Source: a virus (taxonomy: Duplodnaviria > Heunggongvirae > Uroviricota > Caudoviricetes). Taken from it: a DNA stretch of 64,000 nt. The notes under the pieces are model-generated. The model saw nothing but the letters and a program-made list of their open reading frames with translations. It made no database searches and was not told where the DNA came from. Location: IMG/VR virus record IMGVR_UViG_3300032167_002310; one strand, written 5' to 3'. Shown in pieces: positions 27,047 to 34,543 of the stretch. Every line of letters starts with the position of its first letter. Within the stretch, counting starts at the first letter, position 1. Made by a program: the position numbers and the translations under genes.

Positions 27047-27064
27047 GCCAAAAAGGCGAGAGCG

Positions 27065-27283
27065 TCAAATTGCTCTCGCCCTGATTTGGGTGGGCTTGAT
27101 GTCTGCGTGACCCTTGTAGGCGTAATACTCAACCCATTCATAGGTGTTGCCACAGTGGTCACAGCCACCGACCACGCTCATTGCGATTGTGCCTGTGTCG
27201 AGGTCTTCAACATCGTAGTGTGAGATAGAAATGAGGGAGCCGCCGCAAGTGGGGCAAGTGGGTTCATTCGTGTTAATCATCAT
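27065..27283 (-). CDS. zinc-ribbon protein
   Basis: CPTCG...CDHCG. Confidence 0.75.
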   Translation of the reverse strand: MMINTNEPTCPTCGGSLISISHYDVEDLDTGTIAMSVVGGCDHCGNTYEWVEYYAYKGHADIKPTQIRARAI

Positions 27284-27356
27284 GGGGTATCAGTTCCTTT
27301 CCTCTTGGTGTAATTAAATTATAGCACAACGGTTTGAAAATGTCAAGGGGAAATTC

Positions 27357-27806
27357 TCACATTTCTGCGAGAATTTCCAAGATGTTCTGCACATCATAAG
27401 CCTTGCCAGTCCAGTTTGTTCTGTTGCGTTCTTCATCATCGAAAAGCACATCGAGAGGAGTTTTGCAGAAGTTCTGCTTTGGTGTGCCGTAAGGTACAAT
27501 GTGGATTTCGTTCCAGTTGACACTTGGCAGATGTTTCTTGAGCCAATCCATTTTGACTTCGGTAACTGCTCTGTTGTATTCTTCTGTGCCACTCTTGCTC
27601 AGCCAAGAGATAACTGCGATGTTGTAGCCATTTCTCTGGAGAGTGTTAAGTCTGCGAGCGAGAGTTGCAAGTCTAAGCAGAGGCTTTGCGTTTGCGTAAG
27701 GGAATGTGTCGCCTGCGATGAGGTATTCGAGCCAGTTTTCTACTCCATAGAGGTCAGCGATTGTGCCGTCCATGTCAAAGTTGATTGTGATGTTCATAGT
27801 CTTCAT
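27357..27806 (-). CDS. HAD-superfamily 5'(3')-nucleotidase-like phosphatase
   Basis: Motif I FDMDGT, motif II ISW, K, motif IV LFDD. Confidence 0.85.
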   Translation of the reverse strand: MKTMNITINFDMDGTIADLYGVENWLEYLIAGDTFPYANAKPLLRLATLARRLNTLQRNGYNIAVISWLSKSGTEEYNRAVTEVKMDWLKKHLPSVNWNEIHIVPYGTPKQNFCKTPLDVLFDDEERNRTNWTGKAYDVQNILEILAEM

Positions 27807-27917
27807 TGTGTTTACTTCCTTTCCTTTTTTGTATCTTAATTATAGCATGGATTTTCGTGTTTGTCAATAGGTTTTTGAAAAGTTTTTTATTTTTTTTGAC
27901 CGGGGAAAGTGGGGGAC

Positions 27918-28592
27918 TTAGTCCACCCACTTCGGAAAGCACTTGTTGTACTCTCTGCCCTTTGCGTCCCACTGGTGAATGTTCTTGTTGAATTTCTTGT
28001 GCATTTTCAGACAAGCCACAAAGATTTCCATTTCGATGAGTGCGTCAGCCAGTGCAGTGTGTTCTTCGATGTAGTCAGCATTTCCAGTGATGAAGCCATA
28101 GACAGTCTGTGCAGTAGTAGAGCAAGACTTCTTGGAAGAGGACTGGAAGCCATTCTCGTGGCAGAAGTTCGCAAAGCCTTTCTTGTGGCAGATGGTCTGC
28201 AAAGCCATCAAGTAAATGTCGATGAACTCAAACTCGTCGAGCAGTTCTCTGCAAATAGTCTTGGTAAAGTCGAAAGCAGAGTTGTAAGCCATTACATAGC
28301 GAACACCATAGAACTTGCAAAGGTTGCGAACGATGGAAAGTGCTTCGGCTTCGGTAGCCACCGCAGACATTTCGCCAGTCATCAGTCTTTCGCGATAGAT
28401 AGGGAAGTTCTTCTTTGCGTAATCGTCCTGTGCGATTTCGTCATAGTGTTCCATTACAAGCAGAGAAGCGGTTGCGAAAATGTTGCCCTCTCTGTCGTGG
28501 ATAGTGCAACCGAGGTTGTACATTCCAGTAGGATTAGAAGCTCCGCCAACAGTTTCAGTATCAAGTGTGCAGTAAATAATTTTCTTGTTCAT
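27918..28592 (-). CDS. DEDDh 3'-5' exonuclease (paralog of 22254-22991)
   Basis: LDTET, AYNSAFD, EEHTALAD. Confidence 0.85.
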   Translation of the reverse strand: MNKKIIYCTLDTETVGGASNPTGMYNLGCTIHDREGNIFATASLLVMEHYDEIAQDDYAKKNFPIYRERLMTGEMSAVATEAEALSIVRNLCKFYGVRYVMAYNSAFDFTKTICRELLDEFEFIDIYLMALQTICHKKGFANFCHENGFQSSSKKSCSTTAQTVYGFITGNADYIEEHTALADALIEMEIFVACLKMHKKFNKNIHQWDAKGREYNKCFPKWVD

Positions 28593-28699
28593 TGTTATCA
28601 ATTCCTCTCTCAATTTCTGTATTTATTATAACATAGGTTCGTGGGTTTGTCAATAGGTTTTTCAAAACTTTTTTAATTTATTTTGTACGGGCGGTTGGC

Positions 28700-29113
28700 T
28701 CACATCGAGCCAACCATTGTAATCCCTCTGTCTTTCAACCATTCGCAGAACTGTTCAGCAGGGAGCAAGTCCGCAAGGTCTTTCATTGTGTACATTCTTG
28801 TAACCTCTTCCCATTCCCACCTGACACGAATGGGCTTGAAAGTCTTTTCTGTCATTTTGCTTTTGTTTCTGTAGAAGTCGCCCCAACCAATTTCGATGGT
28901 CGGACGATTGCGAAATAGAGTGCAACCAGTTTCTGCATTTCTGATTCTGTGGTCACGAACTGCCGCAAATGCTTCTTCAAAGGTTTCGAGTGTGTATTCT
29001 GTCGTGTTACACTCGCCAACTTCCACATAGCGAATGTGATTCCAAATGGAAGTGTCGCAGTAGTCATCATTGCCGATTGCCGCATAGCATCTAAGGTTTA
29101 CTAATTTCTTCAT
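28700..29113 (-). CDS. hypothetical protein
   Basis: 137 aa with own promoter and RBS. Confidence 0.75.
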   Translation of the reverse strand: MKKLVNLRCYAAIGNDDYCDTSIWNHIRYVEVGECNTTEYTLETFEEAFAAVRDHRIRNAETGCTLFRNRPTIEIGWGDFYRNKSKMTEKTFKPIRVRWEWEEVTRMYTMKDLADLLPAEQFCEWLKDRGITMVGSM

Positions 29114-29171
29114 AGTATCAATTCCTCTCTCTTGGTTTCTGTAATTATTATACCACGGCTTAGGGGTTTTG

Positions 29172-29495
29172 TCAACCCCTAATCGTAAATAATTCTGGAT
29201 GTCTTTGACAATTTTTCATTACTCGCTTTTCCATTTTAGGTGACATCTGCCCCTTGCCCGCCATTCTGTAAAGACGATAGCACTGATTGACATTTGCCAT
29301 AAATGCAGTTATCACAATGTCACGATACAAATTCTTAACAATGATAATTCCACTACTGGTTAGCAAGTACCTCTTTTCTTCTTCAATTACTTCAACTTCA
29401 AGCACAGGGTTTGTGAAGCCGAGAACTTCTTCCAATGCTTGCAGTCGGTTTGCTCGTTCCACTCCTGCGTGGAATGTAGTATTCATAGGTTTCAT
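29172..29495 (-). CDS. hypothetical protein
   Basis: Start moved to MKPMNTTF. Confidence 0.7.
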   Translation of the reverse strand: MKPMNTTFHAGVERANRLQALEEVLGFTNPVLEVEVIEEEKRYLLTSSGIIIVKNLYRDIVITAFMANVNQCYRLYRMAGKGQMSPKMEKRVMKNCQRHPELFTIRG

Positions 29496-29511
29496 CTTTA
29501 GTATCCCCCTT

Positions 29512-29694
29512 TCATGCTCTAAGTATACCATACTTTGAGATGTTTGTCAATACCTTTTCGTACCATTTTTTGCGACTTACCAACTTAATGCCGAGAACCT
29601 CAGCAACCTTGTTGTAAGTCTGTTCGTCGATTGCGTTGCGTACTTCCTCAGGCTGTTCGCTCCAAGGTCTGTCAATAGTAATGTTCATCATCAT
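29512..29694 (-). CDS. small hypothetical protein
   Basis: 60 aa with promoter and GAGGGG RBS. Confidence 0.6.
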   Translation of the reverse strand: MMMNITIDRPWSEQPEEVRNAIDEQTYNKVAEVLGIKLVSRKKWYEKVLTNISKYGILRA

Positions 29695-29762
29695 AGTTAT
29701 TACCCCCTCATCTTTTGTACCTTAAGTATACACCATTTCGGGATGTTTGTCAAGCACAAAAT

Positions 29763-29840
29763 TGCACAAATTTTCCACGAGATTTTTGTGCAGATTACCT
29801 CTTGGCAGAAACACCGCGCGCCACAGCCGACAGCGCGCGG
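29763..29840. promoter_or_regulatory. dual-box module 8 (N14) plus hairpin
   Basis: Boxes 29763 and 29785; stem CCGCGCGC/GCGCGCGG 29814-29840. Confidence 0.8.
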
Positions 29841-29874
29841 CCGAAAAAATAAAAAGAGAGGGTTTCCCCTCTCC

Positions 29875-30084
29875 TTAATTGCTCTTGGAACTCGATTTGA
29901 AAAAGCCACCTACAAAACTGAGCAGAGCGCAGATGCCGAAAGCCTGCCAAAATGTTAGAGCAAACGCACAGCCGAACAGGCTCATCACCCAGTTAAACAG
30001 AAGCATCCCAATCCATGCCTCGAAACACACAACGCCGAACACCAGTGCCAGCGCGAGAATTACCATCAAACAACCTTCACCCAT
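29875..30084 (-). CDS. small membrane protein
   Basis: Two hydrophobic helices. Confidence 0.75.
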   Translation of the reverse strand: MGEGCLMVILALALVFGVVCFEAWIGMLLFNWVMSLFGCAFALTFWQAFGICALLSFVGGFFKSSSKSN

Positions 30085-30156
30085 TGTATCTATCTCCTTT
30101 TCTTTTCTTTGTATTATTATTATACCATAATTTTAATTGATTGTCAAGGGGAATTT

Positions 30157-30489
30157 TTACATTCCCCTCATTGTTGTTATTGCTTCCATTACCCACTCTT
30201 GAAAGTGAGATTTAATAAATTCTACTGTATCAAGATCAGCGCAATTAAAATAATCTTTGCGAATGCGCCGAGCCTTTTGTGTTTTTAGAATTTTCATTCG
30301 CAAAAAACTTTCTACAAATAGCCTTTCGCATTCTCCGCCGCCAATGTCTAATGATTGAAGAATTAAATAATCTTCTTGGAGCAACTGATTACTTCTACGC
30401 CTTGCATTAGTCGTTTCCCCAATTTTGATTGCCGTTCTAATTTCTAAATGTTCTGCGTAATACACTTCTGAATAACATCCGTAAGCCAT
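30157..30489 (-). CDS. GIY-YIG/T5orf172-like small protein
   Basis: IKIGETTNARRRSNQL motif; AT-richer than neighbours. Confidence 0.5.
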   Translation of the reverse strand: MAYGCYSEVYYAEHLEIRTAIKIGETTNARRRSNQLLQEDYLILQSLDIGGGECERLFVESFLRMKILKTQKARRIRKDYFNCADLDTVEFIKSHFQEWVMEAITTMRGM

Positions 30490-30568
30490 TTTTACCACTT
30501 CTTTCTGTTTCTTTCTGTAATTATTATAGCACAAGGGGTTGAGTTTGTCAACCCCTTTTTGCATTTTT

Positions 30569-30994
30569 TTACTTTACTTCAACAATCAGTTTGTAAGCTC
30601 GGCAAGAGCCAAAACCATAGCGATTGTAAGTAGTTTCTTCCCACCTTACAGACAGACAATGCTGAGCAAGATACTCTTCAATGAAAGTCTTGTGATAGTT
30701 CTTGTCAGTGCAAGGAGAATAACTCCAATCTCCATTTGCATACTTCTTGCCATCGAAACGAATAGGACGCAGTACCTCGTTGCCGTAAGCATCGGAAGCC
30801 ATAGCGAGGTCAATAGAAGTTGAAATCAGTCCACCCTTAGGGTTGAGAGCCTGCTTCTCAAGGGCAGGTCCAATCTCAGTTTCACAGAATTCAACACTCG
30901 CACCCAACAGACGAGCAAGACTTTCTGCCTTTTCTTTTTCCCACTTCATTACGCTTGCATTTCTCACAATTGCCAGTTCACTTGCACACATCAT
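30569..30994 (-). CDS. hypothetical protein
   Basis: Start moved to MMCASEL behind AAGGAG RBS. Confidence 0.7.
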   Translation of the reverse strand: MMCASELAIVRNASVMKWEKEKAESLARLLGASVEFCETEIGPALEKQALNPKGGLISTSIDLAMASDAYGNEVLRPIRFDGKKYANGDWSYSPCTDKNYHKTFIEEYLAQHCLSVRWEETTYNRYGFGSCRAYKLIVEVK

Positions 30995-31082
30995 AGTTAT
31001 CAGTCTCCTTTTGTTTTCCTTTTTTGTATCTTTATTATAACATGGAGGGGGCTTTTTGTCAAGCCCCTTTTTTAATTTTTTT

Positions 31083-31337
31083 TTAGCAATCATAAGTGTA
31101 ACATCCTTCGTAAGGGTCAAAGCCAAAATCGTCATCAATGTCAGCAGGCTCTTCGTAGTCCTCTTCCTCAGGGTCGTAGAAGGCTACTACTTCGCCAGTT
31201 TCATCCCACACAAGGGAAGCAGTCTGGCAAGTCATCTCTGCGATGGTCTTAGCTGCTTCGTAGCAAGCATAGCAAGCTTCAGTACCACTAATAGTAGCGA
31301 TAGCGTTGTTGTTAATGTAGATAGTATAAGTGTTCAT
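31083..31337 (-). CDS. small acidic protein with DDDFGFDPYEGCYTYDC tail
   Basis: Start moved to MNTYTIY behind GAGGT RBS and promoter. Confidence 0.75.
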   Translation of the reverse strand: MNTYTIYINNNAIATISGTEACYACYEAAKTIAEMTCQTASLVWDETGEVVAFYDPEEEDYEEPADIDDDFGFDPYEGCYTYDC

Positions 31338-31420
31338 AGGTTGTACCTCTCTCTCTTTCTTTGTATCTATAGTATACCATGCGCGCAGGTATTTTGTCAA
31401 GGGTTTTGGGAGATTTATTT

Positions 31421-31508
31421 TACACAAATTTACGCCGATTTTGCAAGCCTTTTTTGTGCAGGTTTTACAATAGCACCAATCAGGCGCGCCAGGACCGTGC
31501 GCGCGCCT
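31421..31508. promoter_or_regulatory. dual-box module 9 (N24, degenerate left box) plus hairpin
   Basis: TACACAAA 31421, TTTGTGCA 31453; stem AGGCGCGC/GCGCGCCT 31482-31508. Confidence 0.75.
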
Positions 31509-31567
31509 ATGGCGGTCTTTCTGTATTAGTGTAGTATTAGTAGTAGTGTGTAGTAGCACACACTGCA

Positions 31568-31858
31568 TTAGTGTGTGCTTACTCCTACTACCTCATCATC
31601 ATAGATGTATCCATCAGTGTGTGCTGTGTACATGTGTACATCTACCACTGTGCCTACGCTTGGTGCTGTGCCCTCTACCTCATAGCACCACACATGTCCT
31701 TGCTTGTCCTCTACCTCTGCAAGCTGTCCTTCTGTGTGTACTACTACGCAGTCCTTGCGTGTGTAGTGTGTCTCTACGTAGCCGCACAGCCCCAGCATGC
31801 CCATGAACACTACTACTACCAACAGTATAGTCATCATCTCTGTTACTCTCTTACTCAT
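31568..31858 (-). CDS. membrane-anchored/secreted small protein
   Basis: N-terminal hydrophobic helix; own promoter and GAGGT RBS. Confidence 0.75.
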   Translation of the reverse strand: MSKRVTEMMTILLVVVVFMGMLGLCGYVETHYTRKDCVVVHTEGQLAEVEDKQGHVWCYEVEGTAPSVGTVVDVHMYTAHTDGYIYDDEVVGVSTH

Positions 31859-32015
31859 TGTATCTACCTCTTTCTTTACTTCTTTCTTTGTATCTTTATT
31901 ATACCATTACAGGAGGTTTGTGTCAAGCTTTTTTTACACGTTTGTGCAGACTTTTTTCTGTGCCTCCTGGCTCTGTGGCAGTTAGGGATAGCAGGGCCGC
32001 ACACGGTAGCTACCC

Positions 32016-32351
32016 TTACAGAGTAGCTATTACCTTAGCCAGTGCCTCAGTATCCATTGCCTCATAGTGTGTCATGATAGTAGCAAGCATAGCCTTTCTC
32101 TCTGCTTCTCTCTGTCTCTTAGCTGCTTGTGCTTCTTTGTACTGTGCTACCTCTGTTGCGTCGTAGCTGTAGCTCTTCTCTCCGTACATGTATGCTGTGC
32201 GCACTGTGCCATCCTCTTGGTGTACGTTGATAGTCTTGCTTGTGTGGTAAAGCATAGGTCTTGCTTCAGCAGGTGCGCATTCCTTAGTATAGTAGGTGTG
32301 TCTGTGTGTCTCATTGTTTCTTACTACGTAGATTGTGCTGATGTGTTTCAT
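32016..32351 (-). CDS. hypothetical protein (first gene inward from the putative genome end)
   Basis: Start moved to MKHISTIY behind GAGGT RBS and promoter at 32385. Confidence 0.75.
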   Translation of the reverse strand: MKHISTIYVVRNNETHRHTYYTKECAPAEARPMLYHTSKTINVHQEDGTVRTAYMYGEKSYSYDATEVAQYKEAQAAKRQREAERKAMLATIMTHYEAMDTEALAKVIATL

Positions 32352-32424
32352 TGTGTGTACCTCTCTCTTCCTTTGTTGTACCCTTAGTATAACACGTTTC
32401 GGGAGGTTTGTCAATAGGTAGATT

Positions 32425-32500
32425 TGCACAATTGTTGCGCCCTTTATTTGTGCAAGATGTATACCATGCCAACCAGGGCCGCGCCATCCATGCACGGCCC
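32425..32500. promoter_or_regulatory. dual-box module 10 (N14) plus hairpin
   Basis: TGCACAAT 32425, TTTGTGCA 32447; stem GGGCCG/CGGCCC 32476-32500. Confidence 0.8.
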
Positions 32501-32732
32501 AGCGTATGTATTAGTATGTACATCATTGTGTTGTTTATTATTTATTATTATTATCTATTGTTGTATGTATAGATAGATGTGTATGTGTTATGTACTCATT
32601 ACCTCTTGGTCATTGTGTATGTATCTCTTTGTATGTACATGTGCGTAGCTCTGTAGGGCGTAGAGAGGGGCGTACCTCTCTGTCTGTGTGTGTGCCTGTG
32701 CTGTGTATGCCAACATACCCGGGGGGGTGTAT
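32501..32732. other. non-coding low-complexity TG/TA-rich tract ending at ATACCC-G7-TGTAT; candidate physical genome end
   Basis: Dinucleotide bias stops abruptly at about 32720. Confidence 0.45.
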
Positions 32733-32867
32733 TTCGGGAAAATTTTTTTTTATTGTTGATGAAATGTTATTTCCTGGACAAACCTCCCACTAAATCAATT
32801 TCAGATTTCGGTTTACGGGAAAAATAAGAAATGGGTCCCATACCGAATGGTACGGAACCCAATCTTT

Positions 32868-33206
32868 CTAAACTCTTTCTACGGCGACTCCAAAAATATT
32901 GTTTCGCCCAATAGTGCCATTAATGTGTCCATGGTTGTTTCCAATCGTATACCGATTTCCATTCTTAATAGCTACTATCTTGTGCAGGTAGTAATGCCCA
33001 CCCACTCTACATAGAACAATATCATTCTTATGCAATTTCGTATCCTCGGTTACAGGAATACAAATAACACTATCTCCACTCTCCAAAATGGGAGTCATGC
33101 TTTGTCCATACCCAGTTACCAAACAACTGCGACCCTCACGCAATTTCTGCGCGGTAATCGCATTTTCTTTTCCATGAAATAGTTCTGCTAAATTGCGCCC
33201 TGCCAT
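32868..33206 (-). CDS. S24/S26-family serine peptidase-like protein
   Basis: GQSMTPILESGD...DIVL...YLHKI. Confidence 0.75.
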   Translation of the reverse strand: MAGRNLAELFHGKENAITAQKLREGRSCLVTGYGQSMTPILESGDSVICIPVTEDTKLHKNDIVLCRVGGHYYLHKIVAIKNGNRYTIGNNHGHINGTIGRNNIFGVAVERV

Positions 33207-33208
33207 AA

Positions 33209-33472
33209 TTAGTCCTCCAACCCAACCTTGATTGCGAGTTCAGCTGGAACAGCAATATTCAATTCTTGGAGCAATTCTGCGGCAAGGCGATATTTATCAG
33301 CTTCAATGCGGGCTGAGCGCAAACAAATGTACTCGCATCCGCCGCTTTCCATTGTGAACAATTCCATGTCATCATTTTCATGGAGTCCCATTCGGTCACG
33401 CAAGCCCTTAGGAATCGTGACACGTCCGAGCGCATCAATTTTTCTTGTTGTGTTTTCTGGTCTAATTCTCAT
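33209..33472 (-). CDS. AbrB/SpoVT-family transcription regulator
   Basis: RKIDALGRVTIPKGLRDRMGL signature. Confidence 0.9.
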   Translation of the reverse strand: MRIRPENTTRKIDALGRVTIPKGLRDRMGLHENDDMELFTMESGGCEYICLRSARIEADKYRLAAELLQELNIAVPAELAIKVGLED

Positions 33473-33474
33473 TT

Positions 33475-34332
33475 TTATTCTCCTAATTTAATTGGAATTT
33501 GCGCCTCGTCAAGCCGAGGATTTTCAAACAACAGCTTGGCTACCGCCATATTTTCCAAGAGTGCGCATCTGGTTAAAAGACCAACTCCACCCGGAACTGG
33601 GGTTACCAGTCTATTCTCGGTATTAATACAGTCTCCAACCATTTTACCTTCTTCATTAAAATTAATACCTACATCAATAACCGGTACGTAGATCGGATAG
33701 CAGTTCAGGAATCCGGCCTTACCCACCGCGCAAATTATCAAGTCTGCGCTATCAATAAAGGTATGCAAATTCTTTGTTTTACTATGGCACAATGTAACTG
33801 TGCAATTCAAATCTACCAACATTTCTGCGACGGGTTTCCCTACAATCTCAGAACGTCCAATTACTACCGCATTTGCCCCCTCAAAATTGAAATTGCATGC
33901 TTTCAGATATGTGATAATACCAAGAGGAGTGCAAGGGAAATAAGGACTATCATTCTTAAATCCATCTACATCCATGCGGCTTGGGATAAGTCTTGTAATT
34001 CTATTTTTATCCAAATGAATTGGTAATGGCAACTGCACAATAATGCCAGCTGGATTTTCAGCATTAGTCTGAACAATTTGAATAATGGATTGTTCGACAG
34101 TCTCTTGGGTTACTGATTCTGGAAAATGAATAACCTGCGCTTCGATGCCCACTTCCTGTGCGTCCTTCACTTTATTGCGAACATAGCGTGTTGATGCGGG
34201 ATTGTCACCAACTTGAATAATATGAAGGATTGCGCGCTGCCCGCTCAGCCGATCTTTAAGACTGGCTTTCCAATCGGCACAAAACTCTTTAATATTTTTT
34301 AGTTCAAAATTAGTATTTGTTGAAGAAATCAT
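33475..34332 (-). CDS. folD: bifunctional methylenetetrahydrofolate dehydrogenase/cyclohydrolase
   Basis: YVRNK, GIIVQLPLP, DVDG, PCTPLG, IGRSEIVGKP, VIDVGIN, TPVPGGVG motifs. Confidence 0.95.
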   Translation of the reverse strand: MISSTNTNFELKNIKEFCADWKASLKDRLSGQRAILHIIQVGDNPASTRYVRNKVKDAQEVGIEAQVIHFPESVTQETVEQSIIQIVQTNAENPAGIIVQLPLPIHLDKNRITRLIPSRMDVDGFKNDSPYFPCTPLGIITYLKACNFNFEGANAVVIGRSEIVGKPVAEMLVDLNCTVTLCHSKTKNLHTFIDSADLIICAVGKAGFLNCYPIYVPVIDVGINFNEEGKMVGDCINTENRLVTPVPGGVGLLTRCALLENMAVAKLLFENPRLDEAQIPIKLGE

Positions 34333-34543
34333 CGTCGTCTCCTCCCCAACCAGGTGGCATAATGCAATTTAATAATTCTTCAAGAATATTAGATATTGCA
34401 AAAAATGGCCCTCCGATTAAAAATATGACCATAACTGTAAATTTATCTGCGCTGCTAAGCTCTTTGCATGCAGGCATATGTGGAATAAATGTAATTGTGG
34501 AAATAACTCCCCACAAGATTATTGCAATCCAAGTTCCCGCCAA
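34310..34543 (-). CDS. small membrane protein
   Basis: Two hydrophobic segments. Confidence 0.65.
   Translation of the reverse strand: MAGTWIAIILWGVISTITFIPHMPACKELSSADKFTVMVIFLIGGPFFAISNILEELLNCIMPPGWGGDDDDFFNKY

Larger units (their letters stand above)
18452..32414 (-). promoter_or_regulatory. about 38 leftward class-B sigmaA promoters (TTGACA-type -35, extended TG, TATAAT or TATACT -10)
   Basis: ATTATA/AGTATA-N17-TGTCAA on + strand at about 18452, 19064, 19317, 19875, 20382, 20481, 20581, 21262, 21519, 21761, 21859, 22229, 23022, 23602, 23884, 24003, 24494, 24993, 25093, 25184, 25270, 25662, 25980, 26187, 26749, 26897, 27317, 27838, 28625, 29147, 29523, 29724, 30118, 30522, 31034, 31371, 31898, 32385. 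Confidence 0.9.

Noticed and set aside
19356-32500. CRISPR array or integron attC interpretation of the repeated modules
   Set aside because: Repeats are hundreds to thousands of bp apart and are not identical; I found no consistent RYYYAAC/GTTRRRY cores, and no cas or integrase gene in the window.
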